Part shown: positions 1 to 15,132 of the stretch, in pieces | Position numbering within the stretch: the first letter of the stretch is position 1 | Layout: each line of letters begins with the position of its first letter | Notes under the pieces: generated by a model | Database searches by the model: none | What the model was told of the DNA's origin: nothing | Seen by the model: the letters and a program-made list of their open reading frames with translations, nothing else | Made by a program: the position numbers and the translations under genes | Assembly: GCA_964566905.1 (NCBI GenBank) | Contig: CAZMJV010000004.1 | Coordinates: 1-59,236 of the forward strand | Length of the DNA: 59,236 nt | Source of the DNA: an uncultured Coriobacteriia bacterium | GTDB taxonomy: Bacteria; Actinomycetota; Coriobacteriia; Coriobacteriales; CAZMJV01 | Direction of reading: 5' to 3'

Positions 1-1832
1 CGACGGCGCTCATCCCGTTCCTCGAGCACGACGACGCGAACCGCGCCCTCATGGGTTCGAACATGCAGCGCCAGGCCGTCCCGCTGATCCGTCCCCAGGC
101 CCCCCTCGTGGGCACGGGCATGGAGCACCGTGCGGTCGTCGACACCGGCGAGATCATCACCGCCCGCTCCGCGGGAGTCGTCGAGCACGTGGACGCTTCA
201 AGCGTCAGCATCCGACTCGAGGACAAGTCCCTCGAGGAGCACACGCTTCCCAAGTTCATGCGTTCCAACCAGGGAACCTGCATCAACCACCGTCCCATCG
301 TCCGCCCCGGCGACGTGGTCAAGCCCGGCGACGTTCTGGCCGACGGCCCCTCCACCGAGGCAGGCGAGCTCGCGCTCGGTCAGAACCTGACCGTGGCGTT
401 CATGCCCTGGGAAGGCTACAACTACGAGGACGCGATCATCCTCTCCGAGCGCGTCGTGCGCGACGACCTCCTGACCTCCATTCACATCGCTGAGTACGAG
501 ATCGAGGCCCGCGACACCAAGCTCGGACCCGAGGAGATCACCCGCGAGATCCCGAACATCGGCGAGGACATGCTCGGCAACCTCGACATCGACGGAATCA
601 TCCGCATCGGCGCCGAGGTCTTCCCCGGCGACGTCCTTGTCGGAAAAGTCACCCCCAAGGGCGAGACCGAGATCACCGCTGAGGAGCGTCTGCTCCGCGC
701 GATCTTCGGCGAGAAGGCCCGCGAGGTCCGCGACACGTCCCTCAAGGTCCCGCACGGTTCGGGCGGCCGCGTCATCAACGTGGTGCGTTTCTCCCGCGAC
801 ACCGGCCATGAGCTGAGCGCCGGCGTCAACGAGCTCGTCCGCGTCTACGTCGCACAGAAGCGCAAGATCCAGCAGGGCGACAAGCTCGCCGGCCGCCACG
901 GAAACAAGGGTGTCATCTCCAAGATCCTCCCGATCGAGGACATGCCCTTCATGGCCGACGGAACCCCCGTCGACATCATCCTCAACCCGCTGGGCGTTCC
1001 CTCCCGTATGAACATCGGGCAGCTGCTCGAGACGCACCTCGGCTGGGCCGCGCTCCACGGCTGGAACGACGTCGACTCCTCTCCCGTCGCGGGCCGCATG
1101 CACGTCGCGACCCCCGTCTTCGACGGTGCCAAGGAGGGCGAGATCGCCGAGGCGATCCGCAAGTCCAACGAGAACCTCAAGGCGCGCAACCACGCCGAGT
1201 TCGGAGACAACGCCCGCGACAACTTCGTCCCGGCCCTGTCCCCGACGGGCAAGCTCGAGCTCTTCGACGGTCGTACCGGCGAGAAGTTCCGCGAGCCCAT
1301 CACCGTCGGCACCATCTACATCCTCAAGCTCCTGCACCTGGTCGACGACAAGATCCACGCCCGTTCGACCGGCCCGTACTCGCTCATCACCCAGCAGCCG
1401 TTGGGCGGTAAGGCGCAGTTCGGTGGCCAGCGCTTCGGAGAGATGGAAGTCTGGGCGCTCTACGCTTACGGCGCCTCCCATGTCCTCCAGGAGATCCTCA
1501 CCGTCAAGTCCGACGACACCGCCGGTCGCGTCAAGGCCTACGAGGCGATCGTCAAGGGCGAGAGCATCCCTTCGCCGGACATCCCCGAGTCCTTCAAGGT
1601 GCTCGTCAAAGAGATGAAGTCCCTCTGTCTCGACGTCGAACCCGTCTCCGACACCGGAGAGGTGTTCAACACCAACGGCGACGCCCCCGAGGAGGACGGT
1701 ATCTCCCTCGCATTCCTCGGCGCTTCCACTCCCGCCGTCGAAGAGGACGTGCTCGGCGTCATTGCCGACAGCCTCTCCGAAATGGAGCTCGGAACTGATA
1801 TTTCAATGCCGCTCACGGACGAAGAGGAGTAA
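1..1832 (+). CDS. rpoB: DNA-directed RNA polymerase subunit beta, C-terminal part (5' end outside window)
   Basis: Frame is open from the window edge (codon phase starts at nt 3): [28 protein letters not shown]..., later [12 protein letters not shown] and [11 protein letters not shown], conserved RNAP beta motifs. Stop TAA at 1830-1832. Confidence 0.97.
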   Translation, partial: TALIPFLEHDDANRALMGSNMQRQAVPLIRPQAPLVGTGMEHRAVVDTGEIITARSAGVVEHVDASSVSIRLEDKSLEEHTLPKFMRSNQGTCINHRPIVRPGDVVKPGDVLADGPSTEAGELALGQNLTVAFMPWEGYNYEDAIILSERVVRDDLLTSIHIAEYEIEARDTKLGPEEITREIPNIGEDMLGNLDIDGIIRIGAEVFPGDVLVGKVTPKGETEITAEERLLRAIFGEKAREVRDTSLKVPHGSGGRVINVVRFSRDTGHELSAGVNELVRVYVAQKRKIQQGDKLAGRHGNKGVISKILPIEDMPFMADGTPVDIILNPLGVPSRMNIGQLLETHLGWAALHGWNDVDSSPVAGRMHVATPVFDGAKEGEIAEAIRKSNENLKARNHAEFGDNARDNFVPALSPTGKLELFDGRTGEKFREPITVGTIYILKLLHLVDDKIHARSTGPYSLITQQPLGGKAQFGGQRFGEMEVWALYAYGASHVLQEILTVKSDDTAGRVKAYEAIVKGESIPSPDIPESFKVLVKEMKSLCLDVEPVSDTGEVFNTNGDAPEEDGISLAFLGASTPAVEEDVLGVIADSLSEMELGTDISMPLTDEEE

Positions 1833-1834
1833 GC

Positions 1835-6073
<4,239 letters not shown>

Positions 6074-6092
6074 CAGTCGGAAAGCGCGCACA

Positions 6093-6126
6093 GGGGGCCC
6101 CGGGTGCGCTCGGGGCCCCTTTCTTT
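6093..6126 (+). terminator. Rho-independent terminator after rpoC
   Basis: GGGGGCCCCG-ggtgcgct-CGGGGCCCC stem-loop followed by TTTCTTT, 20 nt after the rpoC stop. Confidence 0.6.
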
Positions 6127-6216
6127 ACCGCCCGCAGGGCGCGAAGTATGCAGGAAATGGGTAAGAGGTTCGCACAAGAGAGCAGTCGGGTATGGATACG
6201 CCCGGTAACGTGGCGT

Positions 6217-6246
6217 TTGACAACCCTAGGTTGCAGGCAGTAATAT
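6217..6246 (+). promoter_or_regulatory. Putative sigma-70-type promoter of the rpsL-rpsG-fusA operon
   Basis: TTGACA (6217-6222), 18-nt spacer, TAATAT (6241-6246), ~85 nt upstream of rpsL. Confidence 0.45.
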
Positions 6247-6329
6247 TCACCGTTGCGACTTCAAGCTCGGAGTAGAGTCTTCTGCTCTGCCCGACTAAGT
6301 GACAGACGTTCTAACGAAGGAGTATGGAT

Positions 6330-6701
6330 TTGCCTACTATCAATCAGCTGGTCCGCAAGGGCCGCAAGCAGGTCGCAGACAAGAGCAAGACGCCTGCGCT
6401 CAAGGGCAACCCGCAGAAGCGTGGCGTGTGCACCCGCGTGTACACCACCACCCCCAAGAAGCCGAACTCCGCGCTTCGTAAGGTCTGCCGCGTTCGCCTC
6501 GTCAACGGCATGGAAGTGACCGCCTACATCCCGGGCATCGGTCACAACCTGCAGGAGCACTCGATCGTGCTCATCCGCGGCGGTCGTGTCAAGGACCTCC
6601 CTGGTGTGCGCTACAAGGTCATTCGCGCCGCGCTCGACTGCGCCGCAGTCAACAATCGTGCTCAGGCTCGTTCGCGTTATGGCGCCAAGCGCCCCAAGTA
6701 A
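6330..6701 (+). CDS. rpsL: 30S ribosomal protein S12
   Basis: Translation (M)[12 protein letters not shown]...KVCRVRL...PGVRYK. The TTG at 6330 lies 7 nt after AAGGAG. The ATG at 6324 offered by the ORF track is only 1 nt from the SD and adds two atypical residues. Confidence 0.95.
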   Translation: MPTINQLVRKGRKQVADKSKTPALKGNPQKRGVCTRVYTTTPKKPNSALRKVCRVRLVNGMEVTAYIPGIGHNLQEHSIVLIRGGRVKDLPGVRYKVIRAALDCAAVNNRAQARSRYGAKRPK

Positions 6702-6762
6702 TCATCGGACTTCCGTCGGATAGGCCAACAGGGGCCTACCGCTGATTCGGAGGAGATAGTAC

Positions 6763-7233
6763 ATGCCGCGTCGTGCAGCAGCCGTCCGCAGGGAAACCCA
6801 GCCGGACGCCGTTTACAACAACCGCCTCGTCACGCAGCTGATCAACAAGATCCTGCTTGACGGCAAGAAGTCGACCGCCGAGCGCATCGTTTACGGTGCC
6901 TTCGACCTCATCGAGCAGCGCAGCGGACAGGATCCGCTTTCGATCTTCAAGAAGGCGATGGACAACGTCCGTCCGACTCTCGAGGTCAAGCCCAAGCGCG
7001 TCGGTGGCGCCACGTACCAGGTGCCGATCGAGGTCAACTCGCGTCGCAGCACCACGCTCGCGATCCGCTGGATCGTCGGCTTCGCCCGCAAGCGTCGCGA
7101 GACCACCATGGTCGAGCGTCTCGCCGGTGAGATCCTCGACGCCTCCAACGGCGCCGGTTCTTCCGTCAAGCGTCGTGAGGACCTCTACAAGATGGCCGAG
7201 GCCAACCGCGCGTTCTCGCACTACCGCTGGTAA
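6763..7233 (+). CDS. rpsG: 30S ribosomal protein S7
   Basis: [11 protein letters not shown]...[13 protein letters not shown]...[10 protein letters not shown], with GGAGGAG SD upstream. Confidence 0.97.
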   Translation: MPRRAAAVRRETQPDAVYNNRLVTQLINKILLDGKKSTAERIVYGAFDLIEQRSGQDPLSIFKKAMDNVRPTLEVKPKRVGGATYQVPIEVNSRRSTTLAIRWIVGFARKRRETTMVERLAGEILDASNGAGSSVKRREDLYKMAEANRAFSHYRW

Positions 7234-7269
7234 CAGCCGCATCCGATACGAGAGATAGGTCGAACGTAC

Positions 7270-9363
7270 ATGGCTTCCAAGCAATACCCCCTCGCCATGA
7301 CCCGAAATATCGGGATTATGGCTCACATCGACGCCGGAAAGACGACCACCACCGAGCGAATCCTGTTCTACACGGGTAAGTCGCACAAGATCGGTGAGGT
7401 CCACGAAGGCGCTGCAGTCATGGACTGGATGATTCAGGAGCAGGAGCGCGGCATCACCATCACCTCCGCCGCTACCACGTGTTTCTGGAAAGATCACCGG
7501 ATCCAGATCATCGACACCCCCGGACACGTGGACTTCACGGTCGAGGTCGAGCGCTCCCTGCGCGTCCTCGACGGTACCGTCGCCGTGTTCTGTGCCGTCG
7601 GTGGCGTGCAGCCCCAGTCCGAGACCGTGTGGCGCCAGGCTGACCACTACAACGTTCCGCGCATGGCCTACATCAACAAGATGGACCGCACCGGTGCGGA
7701 CTTCTTCAACGTCATCGAGATGATGAAGGACCGTCTGGACACCGTCCCGGCTCTCCTCCAGCTCCCGATCGGCGCCGAGGACCAGTTCTCCGGTCTCATC
7801 GACCTCGTGACCATGACCGCATGGCACTTCAACGAGGACGACAAGGGCATGATCTACCCCGCCGAGGAGGCTATCCCCGACAACATGCTCGCCGACGCTC
7901 AGAAGTACCGTGAGGAGCTCCTCGAGCTCGCCACGAACTTCGACGACGAGCTCATGATGAAGGTCATGGAGGGCGAGGACGTCACCCCCGACGAGATCAT
8001 CGCCGCGATTCGCCAGGGAACGATCGACTGCAAGATCACCCCGGTGGTCTGCGGAGCCTCGTTCAAGAACAAGGGCATCCAGCAGCTCCTCGACGCCATC
8101 GTCGCGTACCTGCCGTCGCCTCTCGACATCCCCGCCATCAACGGCACCGAGCTCGACGGGGTCACCCCCGTTGCGCGCCACGCCGATCCCAAGGAGCCTT
8201 TCGCGGCTCTCGCGTTCAAGGTCATGACCGACCCCTACGTCGGTAAGCTGACCTACTTCCGCGTGTACTCGGGTCGCGTCGAGGCGGGTTCGTACGTCAT
8301 GAACTCCACCAAGGGCCACAAAGAGCGCGTCGGTCGCCTGCTCGAGATGCACTCGAACTCGCGTGAGGACGTCACCTTCGCATCTGCGGGCGACATCGTC
8401 GCGGCAGTCGGCTTCAAGAACACCACCACCGGAGACACGCTGTGCTCCGAGGATTCGCCCGTCATCCTCGAGTCCATGGTCTTCCCGGAGCCCGTCATCG
8501 ACATCGCCATCGAGCCCAAGACCAAGGCCGAGCAGGACAAGCTCGGAATCGGCCTTGCGAAGCTCGCGGAAGAGGATCCCACGTTCCGCGTGCACACCGA
8601 TCACGAGACCGGCCAGACCATCATCGCCGGCATGGGTGAGCTCCACCTGGAGATCATCGTCGACCGTCTGATGCGCGAGTTCAAGGTCGAGGCGAACGTC
8701 GGTAAGCCGCAGGTCGCCTATCGCGAGACCGCCGGCAAGGCTGTCTCGGACGTCAGCGGTAAGTTCGTACGCCAGTCCGGCGGACGAGGCCAGTACGGCC
8801 ACGCCGTCATCAACCTGGAGCCTCAGGAGCCGGGCAAGGGCTACGAGTTCATCAACGGCACCGTGGGTGGATCCATCCCCAAGGAGTTCATCTCCCCGAT
8901 CGACAAGGGCATCCAGGAGGCCATCCAGTCCGGAGTCCTCGCGGGTTACCCCGTCGTCGACATCAAGGTCACCCTCGTGGACGGTTCCTACCACGACGTC
9001 GACTCTTCCGAGATGGCGTTCAAGGTCGCGGGCTCCATGGCGATCAAGGAAGCCCTGCGCAAGTCCGGCGCCGTCCTTCTCGAGCCGATGATGGCCGTCG
9101 AGGTCGTCACCCCCGAGAACTACATGGGCGACGTCATGGGCAACCTCTCGTCGCGCCGCGGCCAGATTCAGGGCATGGAGCCTCGCGGTAACGCGCAGGT
9201 CATCAAGGCCATGGTCCCGCTGTCCGAGATGTTCGGATATTCCACCGACTTGCGTTCCTCGACGCAGGGCCGCGCGGTGTACTCGATGCAGTTCCATTCG
9301 TACGAGCCTGTTCCGAAGAGCGTTGCCGAGGAGATTATCAGCAAGGTCGGCGGCAACGCCTAG
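7270..9363 (+). CDS. fusA: Elongation factor G
   Basis: 697 aa. G-domain motifs [21 protein letters not shown]. Confidence 0.97.
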   Translation: MASKQYPLAMTRNIGIMAHIDAGKTTTTERILFYTGKSHKIGEVHEGAAVMDWMIQEQERGITITSAATTCFWKDHRIQIIDTPGHVDFTVEVERSLRVLDGTVAVFCAVGGVQPQSETVWRQADHYNVPRMAYINKMDRTGADFFNVIEMMKDRLDTVPALLQLPIGAEDQFSGLIDLVTMTAWHFNEDDKGMIYPAEEAIPDNMLADAQKYREELLELATNFDDELMMKVMEGEDVTPDEIIAAIRQGTIDCKITPVVCGASFKNKGIQQLLDAIVAYLPSPLDIPAINGTELDGVTPVARHADPKEPFAALAFKVMTDPYVGKLTYFRVYSGRVEAGSYVMNSTKGHKERVGRLLEMHSNSREDVTFASAGDIVAAVGFKNTTTGDTLCSEDSPVILESMVFPEPVIDIAIEPKTKAEQDKLGIGLAKLAEEDPTFRVHTDHETGQTIIAGMGELHLEIIVDRLMREFKVEANVGKPQVAYRETAGKAVSDVSGKFVRQSGGRGQYGHAVINLEPQEPGKGYEFINGTVGGSIPKEFISPIDKGIQEAIQSGVLAGYPVVDIKVTLVDGSYHDVDSSEMAFKVAGSMAIKEALRKSGAVLLEPMMAVEVVTPENYMGDVMGNLSSRRGQIQGMEPRGNAQVIKAMVPLSEMFGYSTDLRSSTQGRAVYSMQFHSYEPVPKSVAEEIISKVGGNA

Positions 9364-9371
9364 GACCTGTT

Positions 9372-9392
9372 CGAAGCGGGATGCCCGCTTCG
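9372..9392 (+). other. Stem-loop between fusA and rpsJ (weak terminator/attenuator candidate)
   Basis: CGAAGCGGG-atg-CCCGCTTCG, a 9-bp perfect stem followed only by TT. Starts 9 nt after the fusA stop. Confidence 0.3.
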
Positions 9393-9414
9393 TTACCAGA
9401 CGGAGGTTAGAGAG

Positions 9415-9723
9415 TTGGCGAACCAGAAGATCAGGATCCGGCTCAAGGGATACGACCACGAGATCGTGGACAAGTCCACCAAGCTGATCGTTGACACCGC
9501 ACAGAAGACCGGCGCGACTGTTTCCGGCCCCATCCCGTTGCCGACCGCGCGCAGCCTGTACACCGTTATCCGCTCGCCGCACGTCAACAAGGACAGCCGC
9601 GAGCAGTTCGAGATGAGAACCCACAAGCGCCTCATCGACATTCTCGACCCGAGCCCCAGCACCGTCGACTCGCTTATGCGTCTCGACCTCCCTGCCGGAG
9701 TCGACATCGAGATCAAGCTCTAA
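9415..9723 (+). CDS. rpsJ: 30S ribosomal protein S10
   Basis: TTG start. (M)[18 protein letters not shown]...[24 protein letters not shown]. Confidence 0.96.
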   Translation: MANQKIRIRLKGYDHEIVDKSTKLIVDTAQKTGATVSGPIPLPTARSLYTVIRSPHVNKDSREQFEMRTHKRLIDILDPSPSTVDSLMRLDLPAGVDIEIKL

Positions 9724-9734
9724 GTCGTGTATAC

Positions 9735-9764
9735 TAGGTCGGCTGCGCTCCGCGCAGCGACCTA
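9735..9764 (+). other. Strong stem-loop in the rpsJ-rplC spacer
   Basis: TAGGTCgGCTGCGC-tcc-GCGCAGCGACCTA, 13 bp with one bulged G. First element of a 124-nt structured spacer. Confidence 0.4.
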
Positions 9765-9847
9765 TGTACGTTGAAGTCGTGGTCCGCTGGGGAGTGACGT
9801 AGTGTGCGTCGCTAAGGTCCCAAGACCACTGGAGTAAAGGTGGCACT

Positions 9848-10468
9848 ATGGTCAACACCATTCTCGGCCGTAAGCTCGGAATGACCCAGGTGTGGAGTGA
9901 AGACGATCGTCTCATTCCCGTCACGGTCATCCAGGCCGGCCCCTGCGTGGTAACGCAGGTCAAGACCGACAAGCGCGACGGCTACCAGGCCGTCCAGATC
10001 GGTTTTGAGAATCTCAAGGAGAGCAAAGTCAACAAGCCCATGGCGGGTCACTTCGCCAAGGGTCACGTCGCCCCGATGCGCACGCTGCGCGAGGTTCGCG
10101 TCGAGGACGTCTCCGCCCACACGCCGGGTCAGGTTCTCACCGTAGAGATGTTCGCCGAGACCAAGAAGGTCGACGTGAGCGGTATCTCCAAGGGTAAGGG
10201 CTTCGCCGGTGTCATGAAGCGTTACAACTTCAAGGGTGGTCCCGGCGGACACGGTTCGCACTTCCACCGTGCGCCCGGCTCCGTAGGCCAGGCGTCGACT
10301 CCCTCCCGCGTGTTCAAGGGCATGAAGCTCCCTGGTCACATGGGTTCGGAGAAGGTCACCGTCCGCAACCTCGAGGTCGTCAAGATCGATTCCGAGCAGA
10401 ACCTGCTCATCGTGAAGGGCGCCGTTCCCGGCGCCAAGGGTGCGCTTCTGACCATCCGCATGGCCTAA
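9848..10468 (+). CDS. rplC: 50S ribosomal protein L3
   Basis: 206 aa. ILGRKLGMTQVW...FKGGPGGHGS... Confidence 0.96.
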   Translation: MVNTILGRKLGMTQVWSEDDRLIPVTVIQAGPCVVTQVKTDKRDGYQAVQIGFENLKESKVNKPMAGHFAKGHVAPMRTLREVRVEDVSAHTPGQVLTVEMFAETKKVDVSGISKGKGFAGVMKRYNFKGGPGGHGSHFHRAPGSVGQASTPSRVFKGMKLPGHMGSEKVTVRNLEVVKIDSEQNLLIVKGAVPGAKGALLTIRMA

Positions 10469-10508
10469 GTGCCCCGGTATTCACAGATACGTTAAGGAGA
10501 TTTCTTAC

Positions 10509-11132
10509 ATGGCTACCATCGAGATCAAGGACATCAAAGGCGGGAAGGCAGGAACTGCCGACCTCGCCGATGCCGTGTTCGCCATCGAGCCGAACACCCA
10601 TGCGATGCACCAGGTCGTCCGCAGCCAGATGGCCGGACGTCGCGCAGGCACGCATCAGACCAAGACACGCGGTAACGTTTCCGGAGGCGGAAAGAAGCCG
10701 TGGCGCCAGAAGGGCACCGGTCGCGCCCGTCAGGGTTCGATTCGCTCCCCTCAGTGGGCCGGCGGCGGCGTGGTCTTCGGACCGCACCCTCGTTCCTACG
10801 CCTTCAAGGTTCCGAACAAGATCGTCAAGCTCGCCATGCGTTCCGCTCTCACGGTCAAGCTTTCCGAGGGCGTAATCACCGTCATCGACGCGTTCAACTT
10901 CGAGAAGCCCTCGACCCAGGCAGCTGCTTCCGCACTCGCAGCCCTCGGTATCGCAGGACGCGTGACTGTGGTCGTCTCCGACGATGACATCAACTCGCTG
11001 CTCTCCTTCCGCAACCTGCCGAAGGTTCGCGTCATCACCGCGACCGAGAGCAACACGTACGACCTCATCGACAACACCGCAGTGGTGTTCACCAAGCCGG
11101 CTCTCGACTTTGTCGGGGAGGTGCTGTCCTAA
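10509..11132 (+). CDS. rplD: 50S ribosomal protein L4
   Basis: 207 aa. GGGKKPWRQKGTGRARQGSIRSPQW motif; AAGGAG SD. Confidence 0.96.
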   Translation: MATIEIKDIKGGKAGTADLADAVFAIEPNTHAMHQVVRSQMAGRRAGTHQTKTRGNVSGGGKKPWRQKGTGRARQGSIRSPQWAGGGVVFGPHPRSYAFKVPNKIVKLAMRSALTVKLSEGVITVIDAFNFEKPSTQAAASALAALGIAGRVTVVVSDDDINSLLSFRNLPKVRVITATESNTYDLIDNTAVVFTKPALDFVGEVLS

Positions 11133-11416
11133 TGTATGATCCCCACAACATCATCGTGCGACCGATTATTTCCGAGAAGTCGTATGACATGATCGCTCTC
11201 AACCGTTACACTTTCGAGGTTGCAAAGTCTGCGAACAAAGTCGAGATCGGTCAGGCCGTCGAGTCTATCTTCGGTGTCACCGTCCTCAAAGTGAACACTA
11301 TGAACGTGAGCGGTAAGCCGCGCCGAGTCAGGGTCCAGAAGGGGATTACCCGTTCCTGGAAGAAGGCCGTGGTCACCCTCAAAGCGGGAGACACGATCGA
11401 GGCGTTCGGTTCTTAA
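11132..11416 (+). CDS. rplW: 50S ribosomal protein L23
   Basis: 94 aa. The ATG overlaps the rplD TAA by 1 nt. ...IIRPIISEKSY...YTFEVAKSANKVEI... Confidence 0.95.
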   Translation: MYDPHNIIVRPIISEKSYDMIALNRYTFEVAKSANKVEIGQAVESIFGVTVLKVNTMNVSGKPRRVRVQKGITRSWKKAVVTLKAGDTIEAFGS

Positions 11417-11427
11417 TCGGTAATCTG

Positions 11428-11444
11428 CCCCGCACGGGGTTTTG
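11428..11444 (+). terminator. Short terminator-like hairpin after rplW (intra-operon)
   Basis: CCCC-gcac-GGGG followed by TTTTG, 12 nt after the rplW stop. The stem is only 4-5 bp, so it is weak. Confidence 0.25.
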
Positions 11445-11510
11445 ATTGTTGGTGTCATGGGCTCTAAATGGAGCCGCCCGGCACCGTGGTAGTCCGGCGT
11501 CATCTCCGCA

Positions 11511-11526
11511 GGAAGCGATCGCTTCC
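11511..11526 (+). other. Perfect 16-nt palindrome in the rplW-rplB spacer
   Basis: GGAAGCGATCGCTTCC, ~40 nt upstream of the rplB start. Confidence 0.35.
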
Positions 11527-11564
11527 GATTCCCAACGGAGTGGCAATCGGACGGAAGGAGAAAC

Positions 11565-12395
11565 ATGGGAATCAAGCAGTACAAGCCGACTTCCCCGGGT
11601 CGTCGTTTTCAGACGGTCTCCGACTTCAAGGAGATCACTCGTACGACGCCGGAGAAGTCCCTGGTCGAGCCGCTGCCTAAGCACGGCGGTCGAAACAACA
11701 ACGGACGCATCACGACTCGCCACCAGGGTGGCGGTCACAAGCGTCAGTACCGCGTCATCGACTTCAAGCGCCGCAAGGACGGAATCCCCGCGAAGGTCGC
11801 TACCATCGAGTACGACCCCAACCGCTCCGCCCGTATCGCCCTCCTGCACTACGCAGACGGCGAGAAGCGCTACATCCTCTGCCCCAAGGGCATGAAGGTC
11901 GGAGATCCGATCATGTCCGGCCCCGAGGCGGACATCAAGCCGGGTAACGCGCTCGCACTGAGCGACATCCCCGTGGGTACGCTCCTCCACAACGTGGAGC
12001 TTCACCCCGGCAAGGGCGCTGCACTCGCCCGTTCCGCAGGTACCTCCATCCAGCTGATGGGTAAAGAGGCCGGCTACGCCATCCTCCGCATGCCGTCTTC
12101 TGAGATGCGTCGCGTGCTCATCACCTGTCGCGCCACCATCGGTGAGGTCGGCAACGCCGAGCACGGCAACATCAAGATCGGTAAGGCGGGCCGCGCCCGT
12201 TGGATGGGTATCCGTCCGAGCGTCCGTGGTACCGTCATGAACCCGGTCGACCACCCGCACGGTGGTGGTGAGGGACGTAACAAGTCCGCCGGTCGTCACC
12301 CGGTCACTCCTTGGGGCGTTCCGACCAAGGGTCACCGTACCCGCAAGAAGAACAAGGCCTCGAACAGGCTGATCATCCGTCGCCGCAAGAAGTAG
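11565..12395 (+). CDS. rplB: 50S ribosomal protein L2
   Basis: 276 aa. [14 protein letters not shown]...GGGHKR...[12 protein letters not shown]. Confidence 0.97.
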   Translation: MGIKQYKPTSPGRRFQTVSDFKEITRTTPEKSLVEPLPKHGGRNNNGRITTRHQGGGHKRQYRVIDFKRRKDGIPAKVATIEYDPNRSARIALLHYADGEKRYILCPKGMKVGDPIMSGPEADIKPGNALALSDIPVGTLLHNVELHPGKGAALARSAGTSIQLMGKEAGYAILRMPSSEMRRVLITCRATIGEVGNAEHGNIKIGKAGRARWMGIRPSVRGTVMNPVDHPHGGGEGRNKSAGRHPVTPWGVPTKGHRTRKKNKASNRLIIRRRKK

Positions 12396-12422
12396 CGCGG
12401 AAACGATTAGGGAGAAAGAATC

Positions 12423-12698
12423 GTGAGCAGAAGCCTCAAAAAAGGTCCGTTCATCCAGCCGCGCCTCCTCGAGCGCATCCATGTGATGAACGAGGCCGGC
12501 GAGAAGAAAGTCATCAAGACCTGGTCGCGCGCCAGCACCATCTTCCCGGAGATGGTCGGACACACGATCGCCGTCCACGATGGCCGCAAGCACGTTCCGG
12601 TGTACGTCACGGAGTCCATGGTCGGGCACAAGCTCGGCGAGTTCTCCCCGACGCGCACCTTCAAGGGCCACGCCGCCGACAAGAAGAAGGGGAGATAG
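12423..12698 (+). CDS. rpsS: 30S ribosomal protein S19
   Basis: GTG start. SRSLKKGPF...[23 protein letters not shown]. Confidence 0.96.
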   Translation: MSRSLKKGPFIQPRLLERIHVMNEAGEKKVIKTWSRASTIFPEMVGHTIAVHDGRKHVPVYVTESMVGHKLGEFSPTRTFKGHAADKKKGR

Positions 12699-12701
12699 CA
12701 C

Positions 12702-13043
12702 ATGGAGGCAAGAGCATCAGCTCGCTTTGTGCGGATATCTCCGCGTAAGGCGCGCATCGTGGTCGACCTTATCCGCGGCAAGAAGGTGGAGGATGCGAGA
12801 AACGTCCTCAGGTTCACCGAGCGCGCCGCAGCCGAGGTCGTCGAGAAGGTTCTCAACAGCGCAGTGGCAAACGCCGAGCGCAACCTGCACGTGAAGGCTG
12901 AGGATCTCGTCGTCGGAGCTACTTTCGTCGACGAGGGACCCACCCTCAAGCGCATCCGTCCGCGCGCCAAGGGTTCGGCGTCGCCGATCCGCAAGCGTAC
13001 CAGCCACATCACTGTCATCGTCAATTCGCGAGAGGGGGCGTAG
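12702..13043 (+). CDS. rplV: 50S ribosomal protein L22
   Basis: 113 aa. ...[17 protein letters not shown]...RPRAKG... Confidence 0.95.
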   Translation: MEARASARFVRISPRKARIVVDLIRGKKVEDARNVLRFTERAAAEVVEKVLNSAVANAERNLHVKAEDLVVGATFVDEGPTLKRIRPRAKGSASPIRKRTSHITVIVNSREGA

Positions 13044-13049
13044 GACTCA

Positions 13050-13757
13050 ATGGGACAGAAAGTTTATCCGATCGGCCTGCGTCTAGGCATCACCGAGGAC
13101 TGGCGCTCGCGCTGGTACGCCGGTAAGGACTACGCCAAGACCCTGGAGAACGACCTCAAGCTGCGCAAGTATCTCGAGGCCCGTCTCCGCCGTGCAGCCC
13201 TCTCCAAGGTGGAGATCGAGCGAGCCGGCGACAAGACCAAGGTCTTCATCACGACCGCCCGTCCGGGCATCGTGATCGGCAAGAAGGGCGCCGAGATCGA
13301 CGTCCTGCGCAAGGAGCTCGAGGCCATCGCCGGCGGAACCGTCGCGGTCGAGGTCATCGAGATCAAGCGTCCCGAGCTCGACGCGGTTCTGATCTCTCAG
13401 AGCATCGCAGAGCAGCTCGAGGGTCGCGTCGCGTTCCGTCGTGCCATGCGCAAGGCGGTTCAGTCGGCCCGCAAGTCCGGTGCCAAGGGTATCCGTATCC
13501 AGTGCTCCGGTCGTCTCGGCGGCGCCGAGATGGGTCGTCGCGAGTGGTACCGCGAGGGTCGCGTGCCGCTGCACACCCTGCGCGCCAAGATCGACTACGG
13601 CTTCACCGAGGCGAACACCACCATGGGTGTCATCGGTGTGAAGGTCTGGATCTACCACGGCGAGGTTCTGCCCGGTCAGAAGCCCCCGACGCCGGCCATC
13701 GAGGGCACTCGTGCCCCGCGCCCGCGCCGTGAGGGTCGCAACGAGGGGAGGCGCTAG
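13050..13757 (+). CDS. rpsC: 30S ribosomal protein S3
   Basis: 235 aa. [14 protein letters not shown]...KH domain...[29 protein letters not shown]. Confidence 0.97.
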   Translation: MGQKVYPIGLRLGITEDWRSRWYAGKDYAKTLENDLKLRKYLEARLRRAALSKVEIERAGDKTKVFITTARPGIVIGKKGAEIDVLRKELEAIAGGTVAVEVIEIKRPELDAVLISQSIAEQLEGRVAFRRAMRKAVQSARKSGAKGIRIQCSGRLGGAEMGRREWYREGRVPLHTLRAKIDYGFTEANTTMGVIGVKVWIYHGEVLPGQKPPTPAIEGTRAPRPRREGRNEGRR

Positions 13758-14186
13758 ATGCTTCTGCCTAAGCGCGTAAAGCACCGCAAGGTTCAGCGCG
13801 GTAGCAACTGGAAGGGTTCTGCCAAGGGCGGTACCCAGGTGCACTTCGGCGAGTACGGCCTCAAGGCCCTCGAGCCGGCGTGGATCACCAACCGCCAGAT
13901 AGAGGCGGCCCGTGTTGCGATGACCCGTTACATGAAGCGTGGCGGTAAGGTCTGGATCAACATCTTCCCGGACAAGCCCGTCACCCAGAAGCCTGCGGAA
14001 ACCCGCATGGGTTCCGGTAAGGGTAACCCTGAGAAGTGGGTCGCGGTCGTCAAGCCCGGCCGCATCATGTTCGAGGTATCCGGCGTTTCCGAGGAAGTCG
14101 CGAAAGAGGCAATGCGCCTCGCGGCTCAGAAGCTGCCGATCAAGTGTAAGTTCGTCACCCGTGGCGACAATGGCGGGGAGGCATAG
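13758..14186 (+). CDS. rplP: 50S ribosomal protein L16
   Basis: 142 aa. [14 protein letters not shown]...RMGSGKG.PE.WVA. Confidence 0.97.
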   Translation: MLLPKRVKHRKVQRGSNWKGSAKGGTQVHFGEYGLKALEPAWITNRQIEAARVAMTRYMKRGGKVWINIFPDKPVTQKPAETRMGSGKGNPEKWVAVVKPGRIMFEVSGVSEEVAKEAMRLAAQKLPIKCKFVTRGDNGGEA

Positions 14187-14402
14187 ATGAAAGCAACCGA
14201 GATCCGCGAGCTCTCCGAAGCCGACTTGATTCAGAAAATCAAGGACGCTCGTGCCGAGCTCTTCAATCTGAGGTTCCAGATGGCCACCGGCCAGCTGGAC
14301 AACACCGGCCGCATCAAGCTGGTCAAGAAAGACATCGCGCGTCTCTATACCGAGACCCGCGCCCGTGAGATCCGCGCGCAGCGCGACGCGGTCTCGTCGT
14401 AG
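14187..14402 (+). CDS. rpmC: 50S ribosomal protein L29
   Basis: 71 aa. ...ELFNLRFQMATGQLDNT..., directly abutting rplP. Confidence 0.94.
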   Translation: MKATEIRELSEADLIQKIKDARAELFNLRFQMATGQLDNTGRIKLVKKDIARLYTETRAREIRAQRDAVSS

Positions 14403-14418
14403 GAACCTGGAGAGATAA

Positions 14419-14679
14419 ATGACTCAGGAGCGCAATCGTCGTAAGGTCCGTCAGGGTGTCGTTGTTTCGGCAGCCGGCGAGAAGACCTGCGTGGTCATGG
14501 TCGAGGAGCGCAAGAAGCACTCCATCTACAGCAAGATGATCACTCGCAGCACCAAATTCCACGCACATGACGAGGAGAACCTCGCCGGTGTGGGTGACAT
14601 CGTCACCATCATGGAGACCCGTCCCATCTCGAAGATGAAGCGCTGGCGCCTCGTCGACATCGTGGAGAAGGCCAAGTAG
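14419..14679 (+). CDS. rpsQ: 30S ribosomal protein S17
   Basis: 86 aa. ...[10 protein letters not shown]....KTCVV.VE....H..Y.K......KF.AHDE.N....GD.V.I.ETRP.SK.KRW.LV. Confidence 0.95.
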   Translation: MTQERNRRKVRQGVVVSAAGEKTCVVMVEERKKHSIYSKMITRSTKFHAHDEENLAGVGDIVTIMETRPISKMKRWRLVDIVEKAK

Positions 14680-14749
14680 TTTTCGGAAGACTCACGTGCG
14701 CCATGTATGACGGCGCACCTCTGGTCCCGATCCGTATTCGGAGGATTCG

Positions 14750-15118
14750 ATGATTCAGCAGGAGACAAGGCTTGTCGTCGCCGACAACTCCGGTGCCCGC
14801 AAAGTAGCGTGCATCAAGGTTCTCGGTGGGTCCAAGCGCCGCTATGCGAGCGTCGGTGACGTTATCGTGTGCGCCGTCAAGGAAGCCACCCCGAACGGCA
14901 ACGTCAAGAAGGGCGAAGTCGTCAAGTGCGTCGTCGTCCGCACCAAGAAAGAGATTCGTCGTAACGACGGCAGCTACATCAAGTTCGATCAGAACGCCGC
15001 CGTCGTCATCGATGCCAACGGTAACCCGCGCGGTACGCGTATCTTCGGCCCGGTTGCTCGCGAGCTTCGCGACCGCCGGTACATGAAGATCGTTTCACTC
15101 GCGCCTGAAGTCATCTAA
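14750..15118 (+). CDS. rplN: 50S ribosomal protein L14
   Basis: 122 aa. [15 protein letters not shown]....[15 protein letters not shown]. Confidence 0.97.
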   Translation: MIQQETRLVVADNSGARKVACIKVLGGSKRRYASVGDVIVCAVKEATPNGNVKKGEVVKCVVVRTKKEIRRNDGSYIKFDQNAAVVIDANGNPRGTRIFGPVARELRDRRYMKIVSLAPEVI

Positions 15119-15132
15119 GGAGGTCATGAGAA

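Noticed and set aside
6736-9972. 1078-aa ORF on the minus strand spanning rpsG, fusA and rpsJ
   Set aside because: It is exactly antisense to three universally conserved genes. Its translation is low-complexity (rich in D, G, V, L, R, A), with no recognisable motif, SD or sensible start. This is the typical stop-codon-poor antisense frame of high-GC DNA.
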